64,000 bases of DNA. Source: Hypanus sabinus (taxonomy: Eukaryota). Positions 38,825-52,602 of the stretch are shown here, in pieces. The translations under genes and the position numbers were made by a program. The first letter of the stretch is position 1. Each line of letters opens with the position of its first letter. The notes under the pieces are model-generated. The model made no database searches. It saw only the letters and a program-made list of their open reading frames with translations, and had not been told where the DNA came from. The stretch lies in NCBI RefSeq assembly GCF_030144855.1, contig NC_082719.1, positions 46,624,001-46,688,000 on the forward strand, read 5' to 3'.

Positions 38825-39520
38825 AGAACATAAGAATAGCTTATACAGAGCCACGATCCTATCTTGATAATTATTAAGATTATTACTAATCATGTCCCTG
38901 CCCATCTCCTGTGCATCCAAATGTTTATTGGTCTTAACCTCAGTGACTGGACATCCAAGAGCATCTTAGGTAGAGGATTCCAAAGATGTACAAACTGCCA
39001 GGTAAATACATTTCTTATCCCAGTCCTGAATGGGTGATTCCTCACCCTGAGAGCATGCCACAAAGCCATATAATATCCTGGAAGAGGAAACAGATGCTTG
39101 ACATGTATCCTCTCAGTCCCTCTCAGTATATTTTATATAATAATGTGTGATTACCTCAAATTCTTCTAAGCTTCTGTGAGAAATTATTGTTACTCAGTTT
39201 CTCCTCATAGGTCAACTCCTAAGTTAAGAAACACTCGAGTGGATCTTCACCACACTAATTCTCAGCCAATATCAATAAACCAAGAGCCCCAAACTGTCAA
39301 CAGAACTCCAGATGCGATCTCAGAGACATTCTGGGCAAACTCAAGGATCTCTTATCTTTGCATTATTGCCTTCTTGTACGCCATGAACCATCTGACTAAG
39401 ATTTGTCTGCACCCTGACATTCACTATTTAAAAAGTATTGTTTCTTAATTCTTCCTACCAAAGTACATTAATTCACACCTTCCCAGATCTGATTGCACCT
39501 GCCGTTTACTTACCCATCGC
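38825..39520 (-). mobile_element. Ancient CR1 3' remnant
   Basis: Tail gaacataagaatag, plus ggtagaggattccaaagat, gattacctcaaattcttctaagc and ttcttcctaccaaagt, all decayed versions of the CR1 sequence at 40-45 kb. Confidence 0.5.
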
Positions 39521-40220
39521 TTCTAAAGAATTAAAAGCAACTTTGTTCTCACTACAAGGTATGTTGTGGAGAAAGAAACTATAATATTGTGACTTGGTTT
39601 GGCTTCAAGATGTAGTGAAGAAGACACTTCTGATAAAGATTGCTGATTGGCCTTATCTGTCACACGTCCATTACAGTAAAGTGCACTGTTTGCGTCAAAT
39701 CAAATCAGCGAGGATTGTGATGGGCAATCGCAAGTGTTGCCATGCTTCTGGTGCCAATATAACAATTAGTTAGATTCTTCACCATCACTAGATCCAGATC
39801 CAAGCTCGAATTCCCTATTCAACAACACTGCAGGAATACTCTTTGTTATTGAGCCTCGTCTGTTCATCTTTTCCTGTCTGTTGTGCTACCATTTCTAACT
39901 ATCCTATTACTCAATGATACTAATGTCTTTTAAATTATATTTACCTCATAGCTTTGCCTATTGTCTGAAGTAACCATCATTGTTGCTAAAACTCTTGTTT
40001 TGCAAGAAAAGATTTTCATATTGCATATATTGTAGTTGCATGTGTATTTTCCCTTCGCGTTGTTATATACTTCTCATTTGTTAATAGTTCTCACAGAGTT
40101 TATAGCTGTAATTTTGCCATTTTTTCTCTCCAAGTTGACTGATCCAGTACTTTGTGATTGCCTTCCGCATTTCTGATTTTGTTGCAGGAAAGCTAAACCA
40201 CAACAGAGACACAAGAGATC

Positions 40221-41417
40221 ACAGACAGACAATAAACACAGGAGTAGGCCATTCGGCCCTTTGAGCCAGCACCACCATCCAATGAGATCATGGCTGATCA
40301 TCCACAATCAGCACCCCGTTCCTGCCTTCTCCCCATATCCCCTGACTCCACTATCTTTAAGAGCTCTATCTAACTCTTTCTTGAAAGCATCCAGAGAATT
40401 GGCCTCCACTCTCCTCTGCTATTTAATGGCAGAGCATTCCATAGATCCACAACTCTCTGGGTGAAAAAGCTTTTCCTGAACTCCATTCTAAATGGCCTAC
40501 CCTTTATTCTTAAACTATGGACTCTGGTTCTGGACTCCCCCAACATTGGGAACATGTTTCCTGCGCTAGCATGTCTAATCCCTTAATAATCTTATATGTT
40601 TCAATCAGATCCCCTCTCATCCTTCTAAATTCCAGTGTATACAAACCCAGTCGCTCCAATCTTTCAACATACGACAGTCCTGCCATCGTGGGAATTAACC
40701 TTGTGAACCTACGCTGCGCTCCCTCAATAGCAAGAATGTCTTTCCTCAAATTTGGAGACCAAAACTGAACACAATACTCCAGGTGTGGTCTCACCAGGGC
40801 CCTGTACAACTGCAGAAGGACCTCTTTGCTCCTATACTCAACTCCCCTTGTTATAAAGGCCAACATGTCATTAGCTTTCTTCACTGCCTGCTGTACCTGT
40901 ATGCGTACTTTCAGTGACTGACGTACAAGAACACCAAACATCATTGTACTTCCCCTTTTCCGAACTTGACACCATTCAGTTATCTGCCTTCCTGTTCTTG
41001 CCACCAAAGTGGATAACCTCACATTTATCCACATTAAACTGCATCTGCCCACTCACCCAACCTGTCCAAGACACCCTGCATTATCCTAACATCCTTCTCA
41101 TATTTCACACTGCCAATCCAGCTTTGTGTTATCTGCAAATTTGCTAATGTTACTTTTAATCCCTTCATCTAAATCATTAATGTATATTGTAAACAGCTGC
41201 GGTCCCAGCACCGAGCCTTGCGGTACCCCACTAGTCACTGCCTGCCATTCTGAAAAGGACCCGTTAATCCCTACTCTTTGTTTTCTGTCTGCCAACCAAT
41301 TTTCTATCCATGTTAGTACCCTACCCCCAATACCATGTGCTCTAATTTTGCCCACTAGTCTCCTATGTGGGACCTTATCAAAGGCCTTCTGAAAGTCCAG
41401 GTACACTACATCCACTG
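40221..41417 (-). mobile_element. 5'-truncated CR1 LINE
   Basis: [75 protein letters not shown]. Confidence 0.95.
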
Positions 41418-43405
41418 ATGCTGCAGTATGGAGCTACATGAAAAACAGTGGAGGAAAGTAGTGGATCAAGCAGCAGACTTCATTAAAATCTGTGTGGACA
41501 AGTGTGTGCCTACAAAGATTTACTGTATCTTCCCAAACCAAGCGCCATGGATGAACCAGGAGGTATGTCATCTGCTGAAGGCTAGGTCTGTGGGATTCAA
41601 GTCTGGCGACCCAGAAAACCAGATGTGATTTACGGAGGGTTATTTCAAGGGCGAAGAGACAATTTCAAATGAGGTTGGAGGCGATATCAGATGCACGACA
41701 ACTCAATAGCATGACTGTAACCCAATAGCATGAGTGGCAGCGATACTTCACTACCAGATGAACTCAACGCCTTCTATGCCCACTTTGAAAGGCAGAACAC
41801 AACTACAGCTGTGAAGATCCCTGCTGCACCCGATGACTCTGTGATCTCTGTCTCAGAGGCTGATGTTACACTGTCTTTAAAGAGAGTGAACCCTTGCAAG
41901 GTGGAAGGTCCAGATGGAGTATCAGGTAAGGCTCTGAAAACCTGTGCCAACCAATTAGCGGGAGTATTCTAGGATACTTTCAACCTCTCACTGCTATGGG
42001 CAAAAGTTCCCACTTGCTTCAAGAAGGCAACAATTATACCAGTGCCTAAGAAGAATAACATGAGCTGCCTTCATGATTACCATCTAGTAGCACTCATATC
42101 TACAGTGATGAAATGCTTTGAGAGGTTGATCATGACTAGACTGAACTCCTGCCTCAGCAAAGACCTGGACCCATCACCACAATGGGTCAATAACAAATGC
42201 AATCTCAATGGCTCTGCACATGGCTTTAGACCACCTGGACATCACAAACACCTATGTCAGGATGCTGTTCATTGACTATAGCTCAGCATTTAATACCATC
42301 ATTTCTACAATCCTGATTGAGAAGTTACAGAACCTGGGCCTCTGTACCTCCCTCTGCAATTAGATCCTCGACTTCCTAACTAGAAGAACACAGTCTGTGT
42401 GGATTGGTGATAGCATATACTCCTCGCTGACGATCAATACTGGTGCACCTCAGGCGTCTGTGCTTAGCCCACTGCTCTACTCTAAATATATACACATGAC
42501 TGTGTGGCTAGGCATAGCTCAAATAACAATTATAAATTTGCTGACAATACAACCATTGCTGTAGAATCACAGGTGGTGATGAGAGGACGTACAGGAGTGA
42601 GATATGCCAACTACTGGAGTGGTGCCACAGCAACAACCTGACACTCAACGTCAGTGAGACCATAGAGCTGATTGTGGACTTCACAAAGGATAAGACAAAG
42701 GAACACATACCAATCCTCATAGAGGGATCAGAAGTGGAGAGAGTGAGCAGTTTCAAATTCCTGGGTGTCAAGATCTCTGAGGATCTAACTTGGTCCCAAC
42801 ATATCGATGCAGTTATATAGAAGGCAAGTCAGTGGGTATACTTCTTTAGGAGTTTGAAGAGATTTGACAAGTCAACAAATACACTCAATGTACTGTGGAC
42901 AAGATCCTGACAGGTTGCATTACTGTCTGGTATGGGGGTCTACTGCACAGGACTGAAAGAAGCTGCAGAGGATTGTAAATCTAGTCAGCTCCATCTTGGG
43001 TACTATCCTACGAAGTACCCTGGACATCATCAAGGAGCAGTGTCTCAGAAAGGCAATGTCCATTATTAAGGTCCTTTAGCACCCAGGGTATGTCCTTTTC
43101 TCACTGTTACTATCAGGTAGGAGGTACAGAAGCCTGAAGCCACACACTCAGCGATTCAGGAACAGCTTCTTCCCCTCTGTCATCCGATTCCTAAATGAAC
43201 ATTGAATCCTTGGATCCTCACCTTTTTCAATATATACTATTTTCTGCTTTTTGCACGTTTTAAAATCTATTCAATATATGTATACTGTAATTGATTTACT
43301 TATATATTTATTATTATTATTTTTATTTTTTTTCCTCTTCTACATTATGCTGCTGCAAAGTTAACAAATTTCACGTCACATGCCGGTGATAATAGATGTG
43401 ATTCA
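41418..43405 (+). mobile_element. Rex1/Babar-type non-LTR retrotransposon remnant
   Basis: FPNQAPWMN, SLPDELNAFYAHFE, GPDGV.GKALKTCANQLAGVF, IIPVPKK...[24 protein letters not shown]. 3' tail gccggtgataatagatgtgattc. Confidence 0.9.
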
Positions 43406-43585
43406 TGGAGGGATTGGACTTGAGTCAGGCTGAATCCAGACAAAGAGTCTCAACTGAAACATGAACTGTCCCTTTTCCTCCACAGAGTTCCTTCAGTGTT
43501 TTTTTGTGTAAGCTACATACAGCTTTGCTAGTTATTTTCCCAAAGGTTAATATGCAGTCACAGTCGTAAAAAGATTTTATTTATT

Positions 43586-43990
43586 CAACACACAAAATGT
43601 AGGACGATCTAAACAAGTCAGGCAGTATCTATGGAGGTGAATAAACAGTCAATATTTTGGGCAAAGATACTTCATCAGGAATGGAAAGAAAGGGGAGGTA
43701 AGTCAGAATATGGTGAGGCTGTGGAAGGAGTACAAGCTGATAGTTCCTATCCCCTCCCAGACTCTTCATTCCCCTTTCCCCACTTTCCTTTCCATTCATC
43801 TGGTCTCACCTATCACTTGCATCTTGTACTCCTTTCCCTCTTCCCACCTTCATATTCTAGCCTCTGCTCAATGCTTTCCAGTCCTGATGAAGAGTCTGGG
43901 CACAAAATTTCGACTGTTTATTCCCCTGCATAGATGCTGCCTGATTTGTGTTCTTCCAGCATTTTATGTGTTGCTCAATGTTTCCAGGAT
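43586..43990. mobile_element. Inverted pair of Penelope terminal fragments
   Basis: Left arm caacacacaaaatg...cttcatcagga. Right arm agtcCTGATGAagagtctgggcacaaaatttcgact...cagcattttatgtgttg, its approximate reverse complement. Confidence 0.75.
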
Positions 43991-44002
43991 CTACAGAATT
44001 TA

Positions 44003-46033
44003 TAGAAACATAGAAAATAGGTGCAGGAGTAGGCCATTCGGCCTTTGAGCCAGCACCACCATTCAGTATGATCATGGCTGATCATCCAACTCAGAACCCT
44101 GTACCCGCTTTCTCTCCATACCCCCTGATCCCTTTAGCCACAAGGGCCATATCTAACTTCCTCTTAAATATAGCCAATGAACCGGCCTCAACTGTTCCCT
44201 GTGGCAGAGAATTCCACAGATTCACCACTCTCTGTGTGAAGAACTTTTTCCTCATCTTGGTCCTAAAAGGCTTCCCCTTTATCCTTAAACTGCGACCCCT
44301 CGTTCTGGACTTTCCCAACATCGGAAACAATCTTCCTGCATCTAGCCTGTCAAATCCCTTTAGAATTTTATACGTTTCAATAAGATCCCCCCCCCCCAAT
44401 CTTCTAAATTTCAGTGAGTATAAGCCTAGTCGATCCAGTCTTTCTTCATATGAAAGTCCTGCCATCCCAGGAATCAATCTGGTGAACCTTCTCTGTACTC
44501 CCTCTATGGCAAGAATGTCTTTCCTCAGATTAGTGGACCAAAACTGCACACAATATTCTAGGTGCGGTCTCACCAAGGCCTTGTACAACTGCAGTAGAAC
44601 CTCCCTGCTCCTGTACTCAAATCCTTTTGCTATGAATGCCAACATACCATTTGCCTTTTTCACCGCCTGCTGTACCTGCATGCCCACCTTCAATGACTGG
44701 TGTACAATGACACCCAGGTCTCGTTGCATCTCCCTTTTTCCTAATCGGCCACCGTTCAGATAATAATCTGTTTTCCTGCTCTTGCAACCAAAGTGGATAA
44801 CCTCACATTTATCCACATTAAATTGCATCTGCCATGAATTTGCCCACTCACCTAACCTATCCAAGTCACCCGGCATCCTCTTAGCATCCTCCTCACAGCT
44901 AACACCGCTGCCCAGCTTTGTGTCATCCGCAAACTTGGAGATGCTGCATTTAATTCCCTCATCTAAATCATTAATATATATTGTAAACAACTGGGGTCCC
45001 AGCACTGAGCCTTGCGGTACCCCAACTAGTCACCGCTTGTCATTCTGAAAAGGTTCTGTTTACTCCCACTCTTTGCTTCCTGTCTGCCAACCAATTCTCT
45101 ATCCACATCAATACCATACCCCCAATACCGTGTGCTTTAAGTTTGCACACTAATCTCCTGTGTGGAACCTTGTCAAAAGCCTTTTGAAAATCTAAATATA
45201 CCACATCCACTGGCTCTCCCCTATCCACTCCACTAGCTACATCTTCAAAAAATTCTATAAGATTCGTCAGACATGATTTTCCTTTCACAAATCCATGCTG
45301 ACTTTGTCCGATGATTTCAACTCTTTCCAAATGTGCTGTTATCACATCTTTGTTAACCGACTCTAGCATTTTCCCCACCACCGATGTCAGACTAACTGGT
45401 CTATAATTTCCCGGTTTCTCTCTCCCTCCTTTTTTAAAGAGTGGGGTTACATTAGCCACCCTCCAATCCTCAGGAACTAATCCAGAATCTAAGGAGTTTT
45501 GAAAAATTATCACTAATGCATCCACTATTTCTTGGGCTACTTCCTTAAGCACTCTGGGATGCAGACCATCTGGCCCTGGGGATTTATCTGCCTTTAATCT
45601 CTTCAATTTACCTAACACCATTTCCCTACTAACATGCATTTCCCTCAGTTCCTCCATCTCACTAGACCCTCGGTCCCTTACTTTTTCCGGAAGATTATTT
45701 ATGTCCTCCTTAGTGAAGACAGAACCAAAGTAGTTATTCAATTGGTCTGCCATGTCTTTGTTCCCTATGATCAATTCACCTGTTTCTGACTGTAAAGGAC
45801 CTACATTTGTCTTGACCAATCTTTTTCTTTTCATGTATCTATAAAAGCTTTTACAGTCAGTTTTTACATTCCCTGCCAGCTTTCTCTCATAATCTTTTTT
45901 CCCTTTCCTAATTAAGCCCTTTGTCCTCCTCTGCTGGTCTCTGAATTTCTCCCAGTACTCAGGCGTGCCGCTTTTTTTTGCTAATTTATATGTTTCTTCT
46001 TTGGACTTGATACTATCCCTAATTTCCCTTGTT
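44003..46033 (-). mobile_element. Young 5'-truncated CR1 LINE with a nearly intact RT region
   Basis: ORFs 45040-45834 and 44091-45005 cover linker, RT and C-terminus ([43 protein letters not shown]). They are broken only by a W-to-stop change and a 1-nt insertion near 45010-45040. Tail ctattttctatgtttcta. Confidence 0.96.
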
Positions 46034-47379
46034 ATTTACTCATTCACAAGATCTTCCTATTTCCCTTAGCAGTGAAAAAAGTCTCCATCAGAAGCCTATT
46101 TTGAATGTTATATTACAAAACATTTGCTCTATGAAACTGCAAATGATAAATGCACTACTCAAGAAAACATTGATGCAAAGTAATCTGTTTTTATAGTGGT
46201 TGATAAACTATATTCTCTTTAAAGGGACTGAATAGCTTTAGTACGGTCTTGAAATGATGACTAAATAAATACGACAAGATTTCAGAGTTCAATATTTTCA
46301 GCAATAGGCATAAAGAGTAGCAAGAATAGCTTTTACCACCATAAAACAAAATCTTGTTACAAATTTGTTCTGAGTGCACTTCCTGGAGGGAATGTGAATG
46401 AAATCAAGGCAGAAGCTAATCTACCCATGCCAAGAACATATTGTCTTGATCTGGTTGGGCACATTTCTATTTCTAGGAAGAATATTGTTCAACTTGGGGA
46501 GTTGCCAAATACATATAAATGAAGCAGTCTTAATCAGTATGGGGCATTGATAAAACCATTGCTTCTTTACATCAGGCCTTCTTTGTGACAGGAGATTAAC
46601 ATAATTGGGAAAAGCCCACAGAGGCAGCTAATTCCACAATCCTGCAGTCACGATGAGAATGACAATTGCAACACTGTAGCCCCAATTTCCCAAAATTCAT
46701 CCTTGTGACCATACTTCCCCATTTGAGATCCAAAATTATTCAACACAGAAATTATCCAAATGGAAACTAGCTGTCAAATATTGATTGGAACAAAGAAATA
46801 ATTTTCACCTAAGTGATAAGAGCCATAGGCTCAGGAATAGATCTTTGAAACACCTGCAGTCAAATGTCACGTGGGCCATTTTGCCTAACTTGATTATAAA
46901 GTTCCAATTCATTTCCATTTCTTTATACTGCCAAATGTTGTCAAGAAAGCTTTCTTTCAATTTGTTAATTATTTCTTTATTTATAATGATCGTACAATAT
47001 TCTTAATATATTGTAATTTTTACAAGTGATGTTTTATGATTTCTTTCAATTGTTTTTAGTCCAAATTGATGTTATTTTATTTTTAAAAATGTATTTGTTG
47101 AGGACAGGATCATTTCCTGCTACCCTTTCAATTACTTCAATTATTTTGACATCTTTATCTAATAGGATATGTTTAAGATAAATAATACAAACTTGCTTGA
47201 GCAATGACCACTGAAAGGAGCATTCAAGGAGTCATATGCATCAGTTTTCCTGGTAAGTAGAACGTTTTGGGGATGAGTGTAAAGTTATCCACTGTGGTAG
47301 AAAAAAATGGGTCAGGAAAGCATCTTGTGAACTTCCCTTTCCAATCGGGCAGAAAGAAGATTCAAAAGCTTGTAAATGC

Positions 47380-48435
47380 ATATCACTAGGCTCAAGAACA
47401 GCTTTTCTTCTGGTGTTATAACATTTTTAAATGGTCATTTTGTATGACAAAATGGGCTCCTGACCGCACTATCGACCTTGACATGGCCTTGCACTGTACT
47501 ATATTTGTGACAATAGACCAATTTATTTCTCTTAAGATTCTTTATCCTTTATCTCTTCCCTCAACATTGCTCACTGCCTTCTCTCTTTGGCTTTTGCTCA
47601 ATTTTATTGCAGGCCAGTAGATCCTGCTCAAGATGCTGAGTATTCCCTTAAGAGAAGAATGTCAGTACTGTGTGGGTACTATAGAAGATTAGAGCCAAAA
47701 TTACCTCTATTGATTCATCATGTAACCCAGTATCTGAACAAGATCTGCAACATCAGCCGTGACTCTATCCAGTACATCACAAGCATATCCTTCCACACAC
47801 TGGCAGTATCTGCTGCTCTATCAAAGATCTTCATCCTCCAGGCCATGTGAACTTCTCCTCAGGCACAGTCCCATACCATCCAGTTCCTGAACTCACCAGC
47901 ACAACCCTCATCTACTAGAGTTTAGGGACACTAGCCTGAAAGCACGTGCAACCAGGCACAAGGACAGCTTCTATCCTGTGGTTATAGAACTAATTTACAG
48001 GTTCCTAGCATGGTAAGATGCCTCACATACTATCTCATTATGATTTTGCACCTCATTGTCTACCTGCACTGCACTCTCTCAGTAACTGTAATACTCTATT
48101 CTGCACTTTGTTAATGTTTTACCTTCTACTACCTCAATGCACTGCTGTAATGAATTGACCTGTAAGAACAGTATGCAAGACAAGTTTTTTTAAACTGTTC
48201 TCTGCCAATGTGACAATAATAAACAAATTTACTATGACTATCTTGCACTAAAATGGACTTGTTTTAGTTCTAATTATTTTCTATCTTTTAAAAGTTGTGT
48301 TTAACATGCTTAATTTGTTTCTCTTGTGAATGCTGCATTTATGATATCACGTGCCTGTGATGCTGCAGCAGTAAAATTTTTCATTGCACCTGTGCATACA
48401 TGAACTTGTACATTTAACAATAAACTCGACTTTGA
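47380..48435 (+). mobile_element. Cluster of decayed Rex1-type 3'-end fragments
   Basis: Repeated cactaggctcaagaacagctt / accaggcacaaggacagcttctatcc and tails gtgacaataataaac, acaataaactcgactttga. Confidence 0.5.
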
Positions 48436-48461
48436 TTACTGGTCGATTTGACTAGCAGCTA

Positions 48462-48996
48462 CGAACAAGGGAAAATCTGCAGATGTTGGACATCCAAGTA
48501 ACACACACACAGTGCCGGGGGAACTCAGCAGGTCAGGCAGCATCTACGCAGAAGGGCACCATCGATGTTTCAGCCAGGACCCTTCGGCAGCACTGGAGAA
48601 GAAAGGATGAGGAGTCAGAGTAAGAAGGTGGGGGGGGGGGGGGAGGAGAGGAAGATACACAAGCTTATTGGCGAAACTGGGAGGGGAGGGGTGAAGTACA
48701 GAGCTGGGAAGTCCATTGGTGAAAGAGATACAGGGCTGGAGAAGGGGGAATCTGACAGGAGAGGACAGAAGGCCATGGAAGAAACAGAAGGAGGAGGAGC
48801 ATCAGAGGGAGGCAATGGGCAGATAAGGAGATGAGGTGAGAAAGGGAAAAGGGAAGGGGGAATAGTGAAGGTGGGCAGCCATTACCTGAAGCTTGAGAAA
48901 TCAATGTTCATGCTATCAGCTTGGAGGCTACCCAGACAGAATGCAAGGTGTTCTTCCAACCTGAGCGTTGCCTCATTGCAACAGTCGAGGAGGCAC
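48462..48996 (-). mobile_element. Penelope-like element 3' fragment (GIY-YIG C-terminus and terminal repeat)
   Basis: Reverse complement encodes LLDCCNEATLRLEEHLAFCLGSLQADSMNIDFSSF, followed by a pyrimidine-rich 3' region and a decayed hammerhead (ctgccgaagggtcctggctgaaacatcga). Confidence 0.8.
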
Positions 48997-50097
48997 TATA
49001 CAAATTAGTTCTTTTATATTATTATTTTTGGTCTGATGAATGATCCATCATCCAAAACATTAACTGCTTCTCTTTTCACAGACAGCGCCTGACTCACTTT
49101 CTAGCACTTTCTATTTTCATTTTCTTTTCTCATCATACACAAAAGTGTAACCTGATATCTCCTTATTATTAACAGCTCATTACACAGGTCTAATACCATG
49201 TGCTGACAAATGCTCTCACTAATCCATTTTGATTCATCCTAAAGTCTCACTTCTTTTATTCTCCATATATCTTCACCGCCCTACTGAAAATCTACTTGCC
49301 TTGACACTTTCCACAGATGTTGCCTGACTTGCTTTTCCAGCACTTTTGGTTTTTACTTCAGATTTCCAGCAATTACAGTTGGTTTTCATTTGCAGTGAAT
49401 TCTTGTTCAAAAGAAGCCAAATGCATTCCAAATGCCACAAGAAAGAATGAAGGGATAAAGTAAAAGACTGCTCTGGTTTCCACCAGGGTAGTAAACAGCA
49501 TGCGGAAATCACTCCTCATCAGTGCAAGTTATTTCCTGAGTGAAAAGCACAGAAGTTAACATGAGCATAAATACATTCACAAAATTTATTGTGAATTTAT
49601 TTACGCTCAAGTTTAAATGTGAAGGAGACAGAGAGCTTAGTAACATGGCAACGTGACAACAATTTTTCCCTCAATGGCAAAAAAAAAGAGCTGGTCATTG
49701 ACTTCCAGAAATGGGGCAATGGACGTGCTAATATTTTCATCAACAGAGCAGAAGACAGTTTCTGAGATCTTCTGCAAGGTAGGCAATTGCTTTGAATTTG
49801 ACCCAGTAATGATAAGGGAAAGGTGACACATTCCCAAGATGGTCTGCAACATTACAGGGCATTTTAAGATGATGATGCTCCCGTCACCTGTTAACTTCAT
49901 CTCCAGGTTAATTATTTGAAGTTGCCCTTAAAAGGCAGCTGGCTGATTTGATGCTGGTCATCTTGTAGACAGCATTCGATGCAACCGTAAGGCATTGGAA
50001 TCAGAGGGAATTGACATTATTGCTGGAAAAGTGCCTAAGGGTGCTGCTTTGGGACAGCAGCAAAGCAGACACATGGCATATCATAGGCATATGCTAG

Positions 50098-50781
50098 TAA
50101 CAAACTGCTGGAGGGACTCAGCAAGTCAGGCAGAAATCTACTGAGAGGAATAAACAGTCAACGTTTCGGGCTGAGACACTGCATCAGGATTGGACAGGAA
50201 GAGAGTAGAAGCCATAATGTGGTGGTGCAGGGAGGGCAAGCTGGCAGGTAAGCGGGAAGGTGGGTGAAGAAAGAAACTGGGAGGTAATTAGTGGAAGAGG
50301 TAAAAGGCTGAAGGAGGAGGAATCCAAGAGGAGAGGACGGTGGACACAGAAGAAAGGGAAGGAAGAGGGGCACCAGAAAGAGGAAATGGACAGGTGAGAA
50401 GGGAATCAGAATGGGGAATGGGAAAGGGACGGGAGTGAAATTATCAGAAGTTAGAGAAATTGATTTTCCTGCCATCAAATTGGTGGCTCCCCAGACAGAA
50501 TATCAGATGTTACTCTGTCAACTAGTACATAGTCTCATCACGGTGGTAGAAGGGTCGTGGTTGGAATAGGAATGGGAATTCCAATTGAAATGTGTGGCCA
50601 CTAAGAAATCCTGCATTTTGTGGTGGATGGAGTGAAGATACTCTAAAAAGGCAGTCCCCTATTCAAAGTTGGGTCTCACCAATGCAGAGGTTATGGCACC
50701 AGGAGCATCAGATCCAATACACAACTCCAACAGACTCCAGGTGAAATGTCCCCTCACCTGGAAGGACCGTTTGGGGCCCTA
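50098..50781 (-). mobile_element. Penelope-like element fragment with GIY-YIG endonuclease remnant and hammerhead motif
   Basis: Reverse complement GPKRSFQVRGHFT...GVVYWI*CSWC...IGET (GIY-YIG motif remnant). Hammerhead-like aatc-CTGATGC-agtgtctcagccc-GAAA-cgtt-gact at 50156-50191. Confidence 0.8.
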
Positions 50782-51624
50782 ATTATTCCTGCTATGTTAT
50801 TTGCTGAAGGATACCTTGTTTTTGATTTAATCTTGTATTTATATTTGTGACTAGCCCAGTTAACTTTCCAGTTGATATTGATTCTCGGGTTTTTATTGAT
50901 CAGATTCCAGCAATAACAATGGTGTTGAATTTAAAGCAGAGTTAGTTGTTGTCGGAAACCATTACTGCAAGGTGCCTTCATAACAAACATGTCAGATGTC
51001 ATGTATGCACCCATGCCTGAATGTTGTGAATATTGACATGCACGTAGGCACCAACTGCTTTATTTTGAGGAACTAAACCTCCTGATATCATTATCAATCA
51101 TCCAAACTCCTTGAGTTACAATGGAGGGAATGTTATTGGTGAAGCAGCTGGGGATGGTTAGATGTTGGATCGGATTTGGAAATATTCTGTAAATAGCGTC
51201 CCTAAGGCTTAAATTATTACTTTGTATGAACAGATCTTTTTTTTGTAATTTAAAAATGTGCTGCTGAAGTAATTCTAAATCAGTCAAAATAAAGGGCTTC
51301 AACCTGTAATGTTGACTGTCCATGTTTGTCTATAGATGTTGCTAAACTCACTGAGTTCTTGCAGCTTCTTTTTTGCCCCAAATTCCAGCATATGCCACCT
51401 CCTCCTTTGTGTCCCCTGTTCTTTGTGATCAACTTGCCTCAATGGAGTGCACGTTTCTGGATTCCCACTGCCTTCAATTTTATTTGGGCTCCTTGGGACT
51501 CAATCGTGTCATGATGTATCAACCAATCATGCTCCATTACAGACACAGTAAGCCCCCAAAAAGAAACATTTTATGAACATGCTACAAATGCAAAAATTAT
51601 ATATCATGGATATTTGCTACTTAC

Positions 51625-51681
51625 TGTGGTCCAGGACGATGTCTCCAAACCAGCTTTTAAACAAACAGTAATTACCACAAA
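51625..51681 (-). CDS. atp8a1: ATP8A1 coding exon (TM8, second half)
   Basis: ttctttctctccacag|TTT GTG GTA... gives FVVITVCLKAGLETSSWTT, donor |gtaagt. 57 nt, phase 0 to 0. Confidence 0.95.
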
Positions 51682-52394
51682 CTGTGGAGAGAAAGAAATA
51701 AATGGCAAGTGACATTGCATCATGAATAAAACTTTATCAATGAGTCTTGACATTGCTATGGTTTGCAATTGCTGAGAATGATAGTTTAAAAAAATCCTCT
51801 GAAGATAATTAACTGCTGAGTTTTAGCACACATTTTAATAGGTTGTGAATTTTAGAAGGGTGTTCAATCTGCAAGGCACAAGCAAATGAATGTATACAGA
51901 TGGCTCAGAAAATATCCTCTTTGGGATGGGGAAGTGTTTCCAAGGTCCACAGCTCACTACATCCCCTTTGGCTTCTTTGGAAGTCCAAGTAATTACCAAC
52001 AACTCAATATAGTTCAATATCTGAAACATTTAATTTAGATTCTACTTCTACAGCCACAACCTGAGCTGCTAAGTATTTCCTGTAGTCTTATTGATTTATT
52101 CAAATTTATCTGTCTGAAGGCTGGTACCTTGACATCACATGGCATTTCAGCATCTAGCTCTGCATCTGGCACCATGAACCCTGATGGAACATCTCATTCC
52201 AGCTTTCTGATGCCGTGCATTTTACAGACAGGGCAGAAGTATCGGCGACTCGGTGCTACTAGGATTTTTATCAGGTTGGGCTCCGCTCACTGGTCTCCCA
52301 CTCATGTTGTGGCAGATGGCTTAAGCACCCCTGCAGGTTTTCCATGCACCCTTCTTGTGAAACTACAACATCTGAGCTTACTCTTCTAAACTAA

Positions 52395-52602
52395 ATCTGT
52401 GTGGAACGAGCTTCCCGTAGAGGTGGTGGAGGCAGGTTCGGTATTGTCACTTAAAGTAAAATTGGATAGGTATACGGTCAGGAAAGGAATGGAGCGTTAT
52501 GGGCTGAGTGCGGGCCAGTGGGACTAGCTGAGTGTAAGTGTCGGCACGGATTAGAAGGGCGGAGATGGTCTGTTTCCGTGCTGTAATTGTTATATGGTTA
52601 TA
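52395..52602 (+). mobile_element. Short CR1-type 3'-end fragment of a distinct, CpG-retaining subfamily
   Basis: gtgtggaacgagcttcccgtagaggtggtggaggcagg...ttggataggtat...ctgtttccgtgctgtaattgttatatggttata. Confidence 0.7.

Noticed and set aside
44068-44763. 231-aa plus-strand ORF
   Set aside because: Antisense frame of a young CR1 RT, a common property of these elements.
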